Below are positions 13,521-27,211 of a stretch of DNA of 64,000 nt, one piece after another; within the stretch, counting starts at the first letter, position 1, and each line of letters starts with the position of its first letter. This stretch comes from Heterodontus francisci. Its lineage: Eukaryota. Both the position numbers and the translations under genes were made by a program. A model generated the notes under the pieces. It was not told the DNA's origin. It did not search any database and worked only from the letters and a program-made list of their open reading frames with translations. The DNA lies in assembly GCF_036365525.1 (NCBI RefSeq), contig NC_090371.1, positions 155,342,669 to 155,406,668 on the forward strand. The letters run 5' to 3'.

Positions 13521-13830
13521 AGTGTGAATCAAATTTGGGTTCCTAAATTGGCTGTAGGACTAATCGCAGTAAAGCTAATATTAAGGATGTTAAAAGTGGG
13601 CTTCTTACCACCAAGATGACAGAGGGCACACTTTGGTGTTAATTATCTCTCCTGGTCAACTGCAACCAGTTTGCAGCATCTCGAAAAATGATTCTTGTCA
13701 TCTACGTGCATTAGCTGCACAGCTTGGTTTCAACAGTATACAGGGAAAAGGAGTGTGGCAATTTATTTCAAATTGTTCTTCAGATGTCACAAAATGTATA
13801 TTAATCATTTCAACACTAAAAATGAAACAA

Positions 13831-14316
13831 GGGCTCGATTTTAACTCCTCCCACCTGCTGGAAATCAATTGGGCGAGCATTTGAAATGGAGCGGGAGAGT
13901 TACTCGCTCCTTCCCGCTCCTATCTGGACAGCTGCAATTTTAAGTTACAGACAGAAAGCAGCCCGAAAATGGCTATATCCTCTTTGAATATGCAGATTAG
14001 GCTCTGATCTACCATTTTAACTTGAAGTCTTAGTGAGATAGTAATGGAACAAGAATTTCAAGAGTGCTCCACTGAGCCTCACAAGGAATCCCTGGGCTTT
14101 GTCTCCCTTTCCCAACCAGGATTCCTCTCCTGGAGCACTTACCTTATGGCAAGGATCTCACCCCTGGGTCCCCAGTGGCCTCCAACCATTTTGGTGGGAA
14201 ATTGGCAAGCAGTGTGCTAATGAGGTCCGTCCTTTAAAATTGGCGCAGCCTGCTTGCTGCTAGTCCTGAATGGGTACACCGCTCTCTTTGCCACGCAAGA
14301 GTTAAAAATCAAACCC
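13831..14316. mobile_element. Harbinger-type MITE
   Basis: Termini gggctcgattttaac...gttaaaaatcaaaccc. Confidence 0.7.
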
Positions 14317-14792
14317 ACAGTTTCTTCTTCCCACATATTGTCTTATTTACATTTAAATAACAATTTTCTGATAAGTGCACTTAGCATGTCTCTCTGGAAT
14401 GTAAGCAAACAAATATTCTGTTGTGGCCAATTTACTCACTCTTAACATTTTCTGGCTCATCAGGGGTATTATTTCTCTCACGTTACAATAAGTATTTTTT
14501 ACAGCTGTGTTTATCTGTACAAATCACATGTCTCAATTTAATTTATGAAACTATATTGAAAAATGCTTGTGAAACAAGACCAAAGTTCACATTCTGTTGC
14601 CAGCATTTCACATAATGAGCAGAATTTTAATAAACTTGAATGACTCGCAGTGGGGGCGGCAGAGGGTTAGGTACACGATCATTGCTAGAGTGGGCTTTGT
14701 TGTAGCTGTTTAACTGTTAGTTAACTGTTAGGCCAGTTAGTTTAACATCAGTGGTGGGTAAGGTTATAGAAACAATAATCAGGGAGAAAAAT

Positions 14793-15333
14793 TGTTACGG
14801 CCACATGGTGAAAGGTATGGGTGGTTCCCAGTTCCCACCATTCAACTCCCACCTGACCGCACCAATTTTTTTTTATTAGGGTTTAACCCCTTTTTTGTTT
14901 TATTTGCCAAATAAACAGACATTGACAGATTTTCTTGTAAGTTTCAAACAGAAGATTAATTACTTATTGAGCAATACGTCTTATCCTGGTATTGTTGCAA
15001 ATGCATCCACTCACACATTCGCTTCTGCGTATGCGCACACACACACATTCACACACAGGTACAAGAGACAGATAGTGAGGTAGGGTTTCAGGGTTCACGA
15101 TAAACCAATTGAATTCTCTCGAAAGTCAAGTTCTCATTGGTTGCAGGCCTGAGGTGTTTGTAGATTTCTCTCTTGGTTGAAAGTTCAGTTTGAAGACAGA
15201 GGATCACTTCCAATTTCACTGCTGCATAAGTTAAAAATGTCGAATTTTCAACAGGGCACCTCCCTTATGGCTTGCTGGATTTTATCCTGGCCCTTAACTG
15301 GACAAGCTGTTTGGTGATGCTAATTTCTGGGAG

Positions 15334-15372
<39 letters not shown>

Positions 15373-15716
15373 TGAGGGTTGACTTTTTAAGGTAAAAGTT
15401 TGTTACATCTTGCCTCTGCTGGGAGACAGGAATTTTCTTCCCTGTAGTGACTGCCAAAGGCACAGATGTGGCTACATCACATCTTTTTTGTTTCAGAAGA
15501 TCCTATTTAATTCAGGAATGTTTCAGGATGGGTTTAGGATGGGTGCAATTTGAAGGTATTCCTTTATTCATACCAGCCAGTAGACAATTTGAATCTACAA
15601 AGCCAGGTGACCATTTTGGAGCACATTGTTCACTTTTTAAAAGAAAGGTCCATTTTTATAACTCTTCAGGGTGAGTTATTGTAGTTTCAATTGCTGCACT
15701 TTATATGAGTGTCATA
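14793..15716 (-). mobile_element. Solo LTR inserted in a CR1 fragment
   Basis: Starts TGTTA. Its first ~70 bp are a reverse-complement match to the end of the 38974-40067 LTR. The CR1 sequence resumes at 15721, and the flanks aaat/aagt suggest a degenerate 4-bp TSD. Confidence 0.65.
15334..15371. repeat. (TC)n microsatellite
   Basis: Direct reading. Confidence 0.9.
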
Positions 15717-15720
15717 AAGT

Positions 15721-16190
15721 CAACAGGCACTTGGGAGGTTTGAATTAATTAAGGATAGCCAGCATAGATTTGCAAAAGGCAGATCATGCTTGACTAATGT
15801 AATTGAATTTTTTGATGAAGTAACGGAGAAGTTTGATGAAGGAGATGCAGTGGATATTGTCTATTTGGATTTTAAGAAAGTGTGTGATAAAGTACCACAT
15901 AAAAGGCTGGTTAACAAAATTGAGGCTCATGGAATAAGAGAGTCAGTATCTAATTGGATAAAAGAAAGATAAAGGACAAAAAGCAGTGAGTTGTGGTAAA
16001 TGATTGTTTTTCAGACTGGAGGATGGTGGACCGTGGGGCTCCCCAGGGGTGCTACGATAAATGTTTTTTTTTGCTATATATAAATGACTTGGATCTTGGA
16101 ATGCAGAGTAGCATTTCAAAATTTGCCGATGATACCAAACTTGGAGAAGTGGCAAACAGTGAGGATGATGCGAACCACCTGCAACAGATG
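15721..16190 (+). mobile_element. CR1 RT fragment (left part at ~14720-14792)
   Basis: Encodes YLDFKKVCDKVPH and SKFADDTKL. Confidence 0.88.
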
Positions 16191-16289
16191 ACTTTGCTGA
16201 CAGTTTGTCTTTTAAAAAAAGTACAAATTCAGATCTTCAGCCAGTGGACCGAAGAAAATTATCATTCAACAAAACACATTGGTGGAACA

Positions 16290-16425
16290 ATGGACACTTG
16301 AAGGAAATAAACCTGCAGGGCGACAGGGAACGAGCTGGGAAGTGGGACTGACTGGATTGCTCTGCAGAGAGCCAGCATGGACCTGATGGGCCGAATGGCC
16401 TCCATCTGTGCCATTATGACTCTAA
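16290..16425 (+). mobile_element. CR1 3' tail
   Basis: gatgggccgaatggcctccatctgtgccattatgactcta. Confidence 0.75.
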
Positions 16426-18955
16426 GAGGGCAAGATAGGTGAGTGGCATCACACTTTCAAACCCCACGCACTGGCAACCCCACACTCTGACTTTCCCAGC
16501 ATTCTTCTGCGCAGCACTCCTCAGAACAACACACTTTGCACCACCACTCATTCCTCTCTCTCCAGGCATCTTTTCACATCCCCATCTGAACAGCCAACAC
16601 TGAAACTCAGCTTCATCTTATTGCCATCTTATGGCCATCCCTTCACAATGTCGTCATTTCATCATCACAACCTATTCCATTTCTCACACACATAACTCTC
16701 TGCTTTCACTTCATGCAGGAGAAGAGTGCGGACATCTCCAGTGAGAGGTAGATAACTCTGCAGTGAAAGACACCCTGACGGCTGCAGAGGAGGGGAGGAG
16801 GCCTTGGAGATTGACAGGTGAAAGAGTGCATGACCATTGGCAATGGAGAGATAGGGTCTCCCAGATATTTGGTGACAGAATTACATATCATACTGCCGCA
16901 TGGCACATAACAATCATTAATGTCACTTTGCTGATACCACCAACTGAAATATGATTAGCTACATAATAATGACAGTGAACCCTTTCCCCAGATCAGTTGC
17001 CTTTCATCTCCCACAGGTTCTTCAAGCATGACACAGGAGCTGGAGTAGCAGGAAGGATTCCTCAAAGGAGTTTGAGAACTCTGAGGAAGCACTGTCACAC
17101 GACTTATGTGCACCCTCCACCAGCACAGATACATACACCTTGTGGATTTTCATATGGTGAGGCATACATCGCATTAGCTAGAGCAGGTGTTAAAGACAGC
17201 GACATCAATGGAGAGTCCCCGTCGGAGGGTGCAGGACACTCCAACTCTGCTCAACTGAACGCATATGCTGAGCATCTATGAAGAGGACAATTCTGGAGCT
17301 TTGGAAAGTGATTGGAGGAATCTGTCTCAAACATGAGTGCCATAATGTCTCCGGTCTTTGTGCTGATGTCCACTTCCACGGAAAGAGTGGCCACCTGTAT
17401 GGATCATCACATGTGTCAAGCAACTGAGTGCATGCTTTCCCAGACCAATGGCCTGCACACTCAATCTGCCACTTTAAGATGGAGGAAAGCCTTGCCTTGG
17501 CCATTCAGCACCTCACTGAAGTATAGCACAGTGCTCTCCAGCTCCTGGCTAACAGGGAGATGTGGGTGGACCATAAGAGTGAAGATGGAGAAAGGGCACA
17601 TAGAAGTAAGGACTCTGCTCAAGGCACTCCCATGTCTCATCCCTTGCAAATCCGTCACTCCTCCATCAGTCAGAGCCCCATATGCTGCCTCCTGTCCCGA
17701 TGACCAAGTCTGCCCATAAACATGTGCAGATGGGGCAGTCTTTGTGGAGGCCCCCACAGGCCCCAAAACCCAGAGCATAGACACCACAGGCGTCTCAGCA
17801 ATGGAACGAGCAGCCTGCCTTTACTGAAACTATGGGGTAGCACCACATTGAAGTAATAGGAAAGTGAAAAGAAAGACATTTTAGTTGCATGAGGAGATTC
17901 ACTTGGGTGATTATAACAATGTCACTGTTTTAATATATTGCAAAATATAAATGACCAGTGGGAATCCAGCCAGAGCAGAAAATGCAAGAGCCCTCTGGTT
18001 CTAATTGGCCTCATGAGTAGCAGAGTGGACATAAGTAGCAGCTCTGGCAAACATGGGAGATGCACTTGTAAGCAGAAGAAATTCTGCAGATGTCACCGGC
18101 AGATCCCTGGAAGAAGCAAGAGGCAAAGAAATTCAGGGCAGTGGTGACCTTGATGGCCACTGGCAAACTGTGCCCACCTGATCCATTGGGAAGGAGGTCC
18201 TGTTCCAGCAGGCTGCAGCTGTCATCCATGAGAGCCTGAGACTTCTGAGGCAATGGTGCTCAGTCATGTCGAGAAAGCTGAGCCTCTGTAGGTAAACCCT
18301 ATGCTGGTGGTTTCGCCTTCTTCAAGCTGGATCTCTGTGTCCAGAAGGACCTTTGTCCTATGGAGCGGCAAGTGGCCAAGTAGAGGGCAGCTGCTGCAGC
18401 TGCTGTTGTTGCTCACAGAGCTGTTGATGTTGCTGCTGCTCCTATTCCTCAACAAAGGGCCAAAGAAGCTGCAAAAATTGTTTCCATGCTGCAGTGAAAG
18501 CTAACAGCAGGGAAGTGCAGATCAAAGTAAGTAATGTCCAAGGTCGTGGTATTGACTTCCAAAATGAAAATCACCTGTGAAGTACACACTCTCAGAAGAA
18601 GTTCTGTGAGCAAAAGCCTTTCACCTAGGCAAGGAAACAGTTGTGCAGTTTCAGTCTTTAAAGGCTTTCCAGCTTGTCAATTTTATAGCCATCAATCCCC
18701 ACTCTACTCTTGCCTTGTTGTCCTTGGTAAGTTTCAGCTCGAGAAACCCATGCACTGGCTATTAATGCTAGAAAGCTGGATTAAATTTAGAATTAATGGC
18801 CTCTTTACATACTTAAATGACAGACCTGACATCTCCACAGGGATTTCCTGCACAGCTCCAAACAAAGGCAGAAGTGAGCACTTATGAAGGATTTAACACC
18901 CCAACCACTCCAGAACCACCACCAACCACCCCACCAGCCAGTTAAAATTCTGCCC
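16426..18955. mobile_element. Decayed Harbinger transposon (transposase 5' part on -, second-gene remnants on +)
   Basis: ORF 18011..18253(-) reads GGHSLPVAIKVTTALNFFASCFFQGSAGDICRIS, homologous to 650-760. The right TIR is gttaaaattctgccc. The left boundary is approximate. Confidence 0.75.
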
Positions 18956-19667
18956 ACTATTTCTGTCAGGCTTGGCTATTCCTGCTGCAGTAATATTTCT
19001 CAAGGTTGTGTCTGACTGCAGCTGTCAAAAGGTGAATTTATCTTCACTTTGTTGCTCGACACTGAATTGGTAATGAAAGCAATTTGCAGTCAGTACCTTA
19101 TACAGTAAACTGCAGTACTGTACATGTCAATTGATTTGTGTGTAGTCAGGGAAAAATTAAGAATTGACAACGATGTTAAAAGTTAAAACCACATTGAAGA
19201 AGCACTTTGAAGTTTTATTTGATCAATTCCCTTCCTCAATGATATGCATTCCTTCTCTTTTTGCAATTTGTACTTCCATGCTTTTTCTGTTTTCACTTTG
19301 CCGATGTAGAATGCAGAATAAATTTATTTGTAATATATAATTTACTGTGTAGTTTTCTTCCCTTTGCTGCTATTTTCTTCTCTAATAAACCCTGTTCTTT
19401 TTTAACATTTCTTTTTTTACTGCTCTTTCTTTGTTTTTTCCGTCCTGTAGTTCTGATTCTCCCACTTGCCCCATCCAAATTTGAATTCCAACAATCAGAC
19501 CCTGGATGTTTTCTCTGAAAATTTTGAAGAATCTTTTAAGCTATTTTTGCAATATGATTGTACACCAGAAATCCCAGGAGTTAGACAATCTCATGAATTT
19601 TTTGGCAGTATCTGTCTTTGATATGGGAATCCTTACCAACATGGAGTGAAAGCAACATTATGACATT

Positions 19668-22438
19668 TAGAGTCATAGAGCCGAACAACATAGAAACAGG
19701 CCCTTCGGCCCACCGCGTCCATGCCGACCATAATGCCTATCTATACTAATCCCACCTGCCTGCATTAATTCCATATCCCTCTATGCCTTGCTCATTCAAG
19801 TACCTGTCCAGGTGCCTCTTAAATGTCGCTACTGTTCCTGCCTCCACCACCTCCTCAGGCAGCTCATTCCAGATACCCACTATTCTTTGTGTGAAAAATT
19901 TACCCCTTTGATCTCCTTTAAACCTCCTCCGTCTCACCTTAAATCTATGCCCTGCTATTCACTGTATATATCCTGCCCTGGTTTAACTTCCCAAAATGCA
20001 TCACTTCACACTTGTGTGCATTAAATTCCATTTGCCAATCCCTTGCCCACTTTCCCAGCTGATCTATATCCTGTTGTAACCTTAGACAATCTTCTTCACT
20101 GTCCACTATACCACCAATTTTGGTGTCATCTGTAAACTTAATAATCACGCCCCTTACATTCACATCCAAGTCATTAATATATATGACAAACAACAGAGGG
20201 CCCAGCACCGATCCCTGCGGCACACCACTGATCACCAGCCTCCAATATGAAAAACAACCCTTCACAACCACCCAGCCAATTTTGTATCCAATTTGCTTGC
20301 TCACCCTGGATCCCATGTGTTTGAACCTTCTGGGCCAGCCTACCATGCGGGACCTTGTCAAAGACCTTGCTAAAGTCCATGTAGACAACGTCCATCGCCC
20401 TGCCCTCATCAATCCTCTTGGTCACCTCCTCGAAAAACTCAATCAAATTCGTGAGATATGATTTCCCACGCACAAAGTCATGCTGACTATCCCTAATCAG
20501 ACCATGCCTTTCCAGATGCATATCAATCCTGTTTCTCAGAATCCCTTCTAATAACTTTCCCGCCACTGATGTAAGGCTCACTGGCCTGTAGTTCCCTGGC
20601 TTATCCCTACTGCCCTTCTTAAATAAAGGCACAACATTAGCTATCCTCCAGTCTTCCGGTACCTCACCCGTGGCTAACGATGATACAAAAATCTCTGCCA
20701 GGCCCCCAGCAATCTCCTCCCTTGCTTCCTATAGCATCCTAGGATAAACCTGGTCAGGCCCTGGGGATTTATCCACCTTAATGCGCTTCAAAACCTCCAA
20801 CACCTCCTCCTTTGTAATGTTGATATGCTCCAGGATATCGGTGTTCCCTCCCTTGAACTCACTAGCTTCCATGACCTTCTCCACGGTAAATACAGACGAG
20901 AATTATTCATTTCAGACCTCGCCCATTCCCTGTGGCTCCACACATAGATTGCCACACTGATCCTTAAGGGGACCTACTCTCTCCCTAGCTACCCTTTTAC
21001 TCTTAATATACTTATAGAATCTTTTAGGATTCTCCTTTTTCTTATCTGCCAGGGAAATCTCACGGCCTCTTTTTGCCCTCCTAATTTCCTTCTTAAGTGT
21101 AGTCCTACATCCCCTATACTCCTCGAGGGACTCGCTCGATCCCAGCTGCCAAAACCTGACATATGCCTCCTTCTTTGTTCTGACCAGACCCTCAATATCC
21201 CTCGTCAACCAAGGTTCCCTAAACCTGCCAGCCTTGCCCTTGCATCTAACAGGAACATGCCGGCCCTGAACTCTTCCTATCTCACTTTTAAAAGCCTTCC
21301 ACTTGCCAGACGTCCCTTTACCTGTAAACAGCCTCTCCCATTCAACTTTTGAGAGTTCCTGTCTGATGCCAACGAAATTAGCCTTCCCCCAATTTAGGAC
21401 TTCAACCTGAGGACCAGTCCTATCCTTTTCCATAACTATCTTGAAGCTAATAGAGTTATGGTCACTGGTCCCAAAGTGCTCTCCCACTGACACATCAACC
21501 ACCTGCCCATCCTCATTTCCTAGCAGGAGGTCGAGTGTAGCCCCTTCTCTAGTAGGGCCATCCACATACTGCTTCAGAAAACTATCCTGGACACACTTAA
21601 CAAATTCTTCCCCATCTGATCCCTTAGCACTAAGGCAGTCCCAGTCAATATTAGGGAAGTTAAAATCACCTATGAATACAACCCTATAATTCCTACACCT
21701 ATCTGTGATTTCCCTACATATATGCTCCTCCACTTCCCTCTGACTATTGGGGGGCCTATAGTATAATCCCATCAAAGTGATCACCCCTTTCTTATTTCTA
21801 AGTTCTACCCATATGGCCTCGCTGGACATTCCCCCCGGGATATCCTCTCTAAGTACTGCCGTGATGTCCTCCCTAATCAATAGTGCAACTCCCCCTCCTC
21901 TCTTACCTCCACCTCTGTCACACCAGAAAGATCGGTACCCCGGAACATTGAGCTGCCAGTCCTGCCCATCCCTCAAACACGTTTCCATAATAGCTATAAT
22001 ATCACAATCCCATGTACCGATCCATGCTCTGAGTTCATCTGCCTTACCTGTAAAGCTTCTTGCATTAAAGTAAATGCAGTTTAGCCTACCAGACCTTCCA
22101 CGCTTCCTGTCCTGCCCCTGCCCAGCCTGCCTACTGGACTTGCTTGCTTTAACCTCTACATTTGTCTCAATTATCTCATCTGAGAGACTACTACTTTGGG
22201 TTCCACCCCACTGCAAGACAAGTTTAAACCCTCCTAAGTAGTGCTAGCAAACCTCCCCGCAAGGATATTGGTCTCCCTTCAGTTTAGATGCAACCCGTCC
22301 TTCTTGTACAGGTCACCTCTGCACCCGAAGAGATCCCAATGATCCAAGTAGCTGAAGCCCTCCCGCCTACACCAGCTCCTCAGCCATGCATTCATTTGCC
22401 TAATCCTCCTATTCCTACCCTCACTAGCACGTGGCACC
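19668..22438 (-). mobile_element. CR1 LINE: ORF1 esterase C-terminus, APE endonuclease and RT, with an internal 3' deletion
   Basis: LYKKDGLHLN (ORF1), 434-aa ORF 20912..22216 (YFNARS, GDFNFPNIDW, SDHNSI), RT motifs YMDFSKVFDKVPH and KFTDDTK, then the 3' UTR. Confidence 0.95.
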
Positions 22439-23280
22439 TTTATATCAAGGGGCTGAAAATCTGTGGGATGCAATCCCAATAGTTGTGCTAGGATTGTGGT
22501 CGCTAAAGCCCTAACTCCATCAGAATAGGTGGGATTTGTGGGAGGACACATCATTAGATTGGGTCTAGCAGGTACCCATTCCATTGCTGATATATCTCAG
22601 ATGCCTGTCCCCCGTTGCTTACTGCCATATGCTTCAATCTCTACCAGTTCCAGCTAAACGGGGGCAGAGTTGCCCATTCACTGTCCTACTTTGCCCTTGT
22701 GTAAGGGGACTGATGCTGATTATTTTCTTGAAAACTTTCTACCTCTCAGGAATCCAGGCAGTTTCCCCAGCTTGGATCCACTGTTGCGGCCACTTCCTTT
22801 GTTCTGGAGGCCAACACACCTTATCTGGCTCAGCATACTGGCTTCTAATCCTACTGGAGCTCACTTATTGGCCTGGCAAATGGTGTCTCCCAGCGTAAGA
22901 AGTCCCTGACCCTGTGTTAGGTTTTCTTTCTGATAAACCTTAATAGCCAATGACCCAAACTGGTGGTCGTGAATAAACTTAATTCAGCAGAAATAAGACT
23001 TGATACATTAGAGTATCTGACCAGCAGGTTACAAGGTATAGTTGAGTTATATTTCTCCATTTATGTCATGAGCAAAAGTTGCAGTAACAAGTGCCTGCAC
23101 CGTTGGCCCGAACCCCTGGCTCGTCCTCCACGGGTATCCTCAAGGCTTTTACACCTTCTGCCTGATCAGACCCCCTTTGTATACCCCTTTCTATATTTCA
23201 AAACCACTAAAGTTTGCTCGACCAACCATTGACTTACAGCGACCATGTTATTGTCCAATTATAGGAATAGTGTGTACATA

Positions 23281-26200
23281 AACTAAAGTGGCATGGGGAT
23301 GGGAACCTTTGCAAGGAGTCAGAGGAGGGGGGATCAAAGACAAGAACAAAAGACAGTAAGGGGAATAAGAAAAGTGATAGGCAGAGAAATCAAGGGCCAG
23401 AATCAAACAGGGCCACAGTGAAAAATAGTGGGAAGGGGACAAGTAATGTCAATAAGACTAGCCTTGAGGCTTTGTGCCTTAATGTGCGGAGCATTCGCAA
23501 TAAAATGGATGAATTAATTGCGCTAATAGATGTAAATGGGTATGATATAGTCGGGATTACGGAGACATGGCTGCAAGGTGACCAGGGATGGGAAATGAAC
23601 ATCCAGGGGTATTCAGTATTTAGGAAGGACAGACAAAAAGCAAAAGGCGGTGGAGTTGCATTGCTGGTTAAATAGGAAATTTACACAATAGTGAGGAAAG
23701 ATATTAGCTCTGACAATGTGGAATCTGAATGGGTCGAGCTGAGAAACACTAAGGAGCAAAAAACGCCAGTGGGAGTTGTATATAGACCTCCAAACTGTGG
23801 CGGTGATGTTGGGAATGGCATTAAACAGGAAATTAGAGATGCATGTGATAAAGGAACATCTGTAATTATGGGTGATTTTAATCTGCATATAGATTGGGAA
23901 AATCAAATTAGTTACAATACCATAGAAGAGGAATTCTTGGAGTGTATATGGGATGGTTTTCTGGACCAATACGTTGAGGAACCAACTAGAGAACAGTCCA
24001 TTCTAGATTGTGTATTGTGTAATGAGAGAGGAATAATTGACAATCAAGTGCTGCGAGATCCCTTGGGGATGAGCGACCATAATATGATAGAATTCTTCAT
24101 CAAGATGGAGAGTGATGTAGTTGATTCTGAGACTAGGGTCCTGAATCTTAGTAAAGGAAACTACAAAGGTATGAGGCGCAAGTTGGCTAAGACGGATTGG
24201 GAAATGTTACTTAAAGGGATGACGGTGGATAGGCAATGGCAAACATTTAAAGAGTGCATGGATGAACTGCAACAATTGTTTATTCCTGTCTGGCGCAAAA
24301 GTAAAATGGGAAAGGTGGCCAAACCATGGCTTACAAGGGAAATTAGAGATAGCATTAGATCCAAGGAAGAGGCATATAAATTTGCCAGAAAATACAACAG
24401 ACCTGAGGATTGGGAGCAATTTAGAATTCAGCAAAGGAAGACCAAGGGATTGATTAAGAAGGGGAAAATAGAGTACGAGAGCAAGCTTGCAGGGAACATA
24501 AAAACTGGCTAAAAGTTTCTATAAGTATGTGAAGAGAAAAAGATTGGTGAAGAAAAATGTAGGTCCCTTACAGAAACAAACAGGGGAATTTATTATGGGG
24601 AACAAAGAAATGGTTGACCAACGAAACGCATACTTTGGTTCTGTTTTCACAAAGGAGCACACAAAAATCATACCAGAAATGTTGGGGAACACATGGCTTA
24701 GTGAAAGAGAGAAACTGAAGGAAATCAGTATTAGTAGAGAAATGGTGTTGGGGAAATTGATGGGATTGAAGGCCGATAAATTTTGGGGCCTGATGGTATG
24801 CATCTTAGAGTACTTAAGGAAGTGGCCCGAGAAATAGTGGATGCATTGGTGGTCATCTTCCAAGATTTTGTAGACTCTGGAACAGTTCCTACAGATTGGA
24901 GGGTAGCTAATGTTACCTCACTATTTAAAAGGGAGGTAGAGAGAAAGCAGGGAATTATAGACCAGTCAGCCTGACGTCGGTAGTGGGGAAAATTCGAGAG
25001 TCCATTATTAATGATTTTATAGCAGAGCACTTAGAGAACAGTGGTAGAATCGGGCAGAGTCAGCATGGATTTACGAAAGGGAAATCATGCTTGACAAATC
25101 TACTAGAATTCTTCGAGGATGCAACAAGTAGAGTTAATGAGGGGGAGCCAGTGGATGTGGTTTATTTGGACTTTCAGAAGTCTTTCGACAAAGTCCCACA
25201 TAAGAGATTAGCGTGTAAAATTAAAGCGCAATGGGATTGGGGGTAGTGTATTGCGATGGATAGAAAATTGGTTGGCAGACAGGAAACAAAGAGTAGGGAT
25301 AAACAGGTCTTTTTCCGAATGGAAGGCAGTGACTAGTGGGGTACTGCAGGGATCAGTGCTAGGACCCCAGCTATTCACAATATATATTCATGATTTAGAT
25401 GAGGGAACTAAATGTAATATCTCCAAATTTGCAGATGACACAAAACTGGGTGGGAGGATGAGTTGTGAGGAGGATGCAGAGAGGCTTCAGGGTGATTTGG
25501 ACAAGTTGAGTGAGTGGGCAACTGCATGGCAGATGCAGTATAATGTGGATAAATGTAAGGTTATCCACTTTGGTAGCAAAAACAGGAAGGCAGATTATTA
25601 TCTAAATGGCTATAAACTGAAAGAGAGGAATATGCAGCGAGACCTGGGTGTTCTCGTACATCAATCACTGAAGGTAAGCATGCAGGTGCAACAGGCGGTA
25701 AAAAAGGCAAATGGTATGTTGGCCTTCATAGCAAGAGGATTCGAGTACAGGAGCAGGAATGTCTTGCTGCAATTATACAGGGCCTTGGTGAGACCACACC
25801 TGAAACATAGTGTGCAGTTTTGGTCTCCTTATCTGATGAAGGATGTTTTTGCTATAGAGGGAGTGCAGTGACGGTTTACCAGACTGATTCCTGGGATGGC
25901 GGGTCTGACGTATGAGGGAAGATTGAGTCGGTTAGGATTATATTCGCTGGAGTTCAGAAGAGTGAGGGGGGATCGCATAGAAACCTACAAAGTTCTAACA
26001 GGACTTGACAGGGTAGATGCAGGAAGGATGTTCCCGATGGTGGGGGAGTCCTGAACAAGGGTCATAGTTTAAGGATACGGGGTAAACCTTTCAGGACTGA
26101 GATGAGGAGAAATTTCTTCACCCAGAGAGTGGTGAGCCTGTGGAATTCGCCACCACAGAAAGCAGTTGAGGCCAAAACATTGTATGTTTTCAAAAAGGAG

Positions 26201-26355
26201 TTATATATAGTTCTTGGGTCTAAAGGGATCAAAGGGTATGAGGCGAAGGTGGGAACAGGTTACTGAGTTGGATGATCAGCCATGATCATAATGAATGGCA
26301 GAGCAGGCTCGAAGGGCCGAATGGCCTACTCCTACTCCTATTTTCTATGTTTCTA
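23281..26355 (+). mobile_element. CR1/HER1 LINE with complete but disrupted ORF2, ORF1 missing
   Basis: LNVRSIRNK, GITETWL, GDFNLHIDW, SDHNMI and FADDTKL are present with multiple stops and frameshifts, plus the 3' UTR. Confidence 0.95.
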
Positions 26356-26404
26356 CAAGGATCTGGCTTCACTCAGCCTTTGGTCTAATAACCCCTGACA
26401 TCAC

Positions 26405-27211
26405 GGCCGGGATTTTACATCAGGTCGGAGGCCCCGCCCACCAGCTTAAACGTTGGGGGCGAGCCTGCCTCTGCCGGGCTGTGGAGCCAAGCAGAGATTT
26501 TACGTGGCCCAGGCCCTTACTTGGGCTTGGGCGGGACTTACGCCCCTCTGAAGCAGGAAATCCCCCTCCAGGAGCTGCCAGCCAATCATGGTACCGGCAG
26601 CTCCTCAGTCCTAGCAGCGCCACCGGGAGCGGTGGTTACTGCTGGGACTGCACTCAGCTTCAGGAGGATCGTGGACGCCAGCAGTGAAGAAAGTAAGTGG
26701 GGTTTTGGGTCTTGTCGGGAACAATTGGCCAGGCCCTGGCAAGGCAAACGGGGTCGGGGGAGGGGGGGGGTGGTGGGGGCGGGGTGGGAGATATAATGTA
26801 ATACAGTGGGGGCAAGTTGTGCTGTGGGGGGGGTCCTCCGTGGGGAATAGAGTGCCTGATCAGGAGGGACCCGCCCCGCACCCCCCCCCCTCCAACCTGC
26901 AAGATGGCCACCAGGTTTTACTGGGCAGCCCTCCTGAGGGTCCTGAGTTGCCCCCCTGCCGCTGGTAATATACCAGTGGTGGTAGGAGGAGTCCCTTAAT
27001 TGGCAGTTAATTGGCCACTTAAGTGCCTTAATTGGCCAGGGGCAGGTGGGCTGTTTCTCGACGCCGCTTGTAAAATTGCAGTGGGGGCGGGGAAGGTGAT
27101 GGAAACAGCACCCCCTGCCTCCCACTCAATGTTACTCCCACCACCCCCAGCCTCCAACCCGGACCTGCAAGCGGGGGGGGGGGGGGGGCGCGGGGGCGTA
27201 AAATTTCGGCC
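26405..27211. mobile_element. Harbinger-type MITE (~0.8-kb family, GC-rich)
   Basis: Termini ggccgggattttac...gtaaaatttcggcc, flanks cac/tac. Homologous to 42863-43659 and, inverted, to 58437-59184. Confidence 0.88.

Noticed and set aside
19293-19514. Lys-rich minus-strand ORF after a ttttcag acceptor
   Set aside because: Low-complexity purine-rich sequence, no convincing donor and no phase fit with the other candidates.
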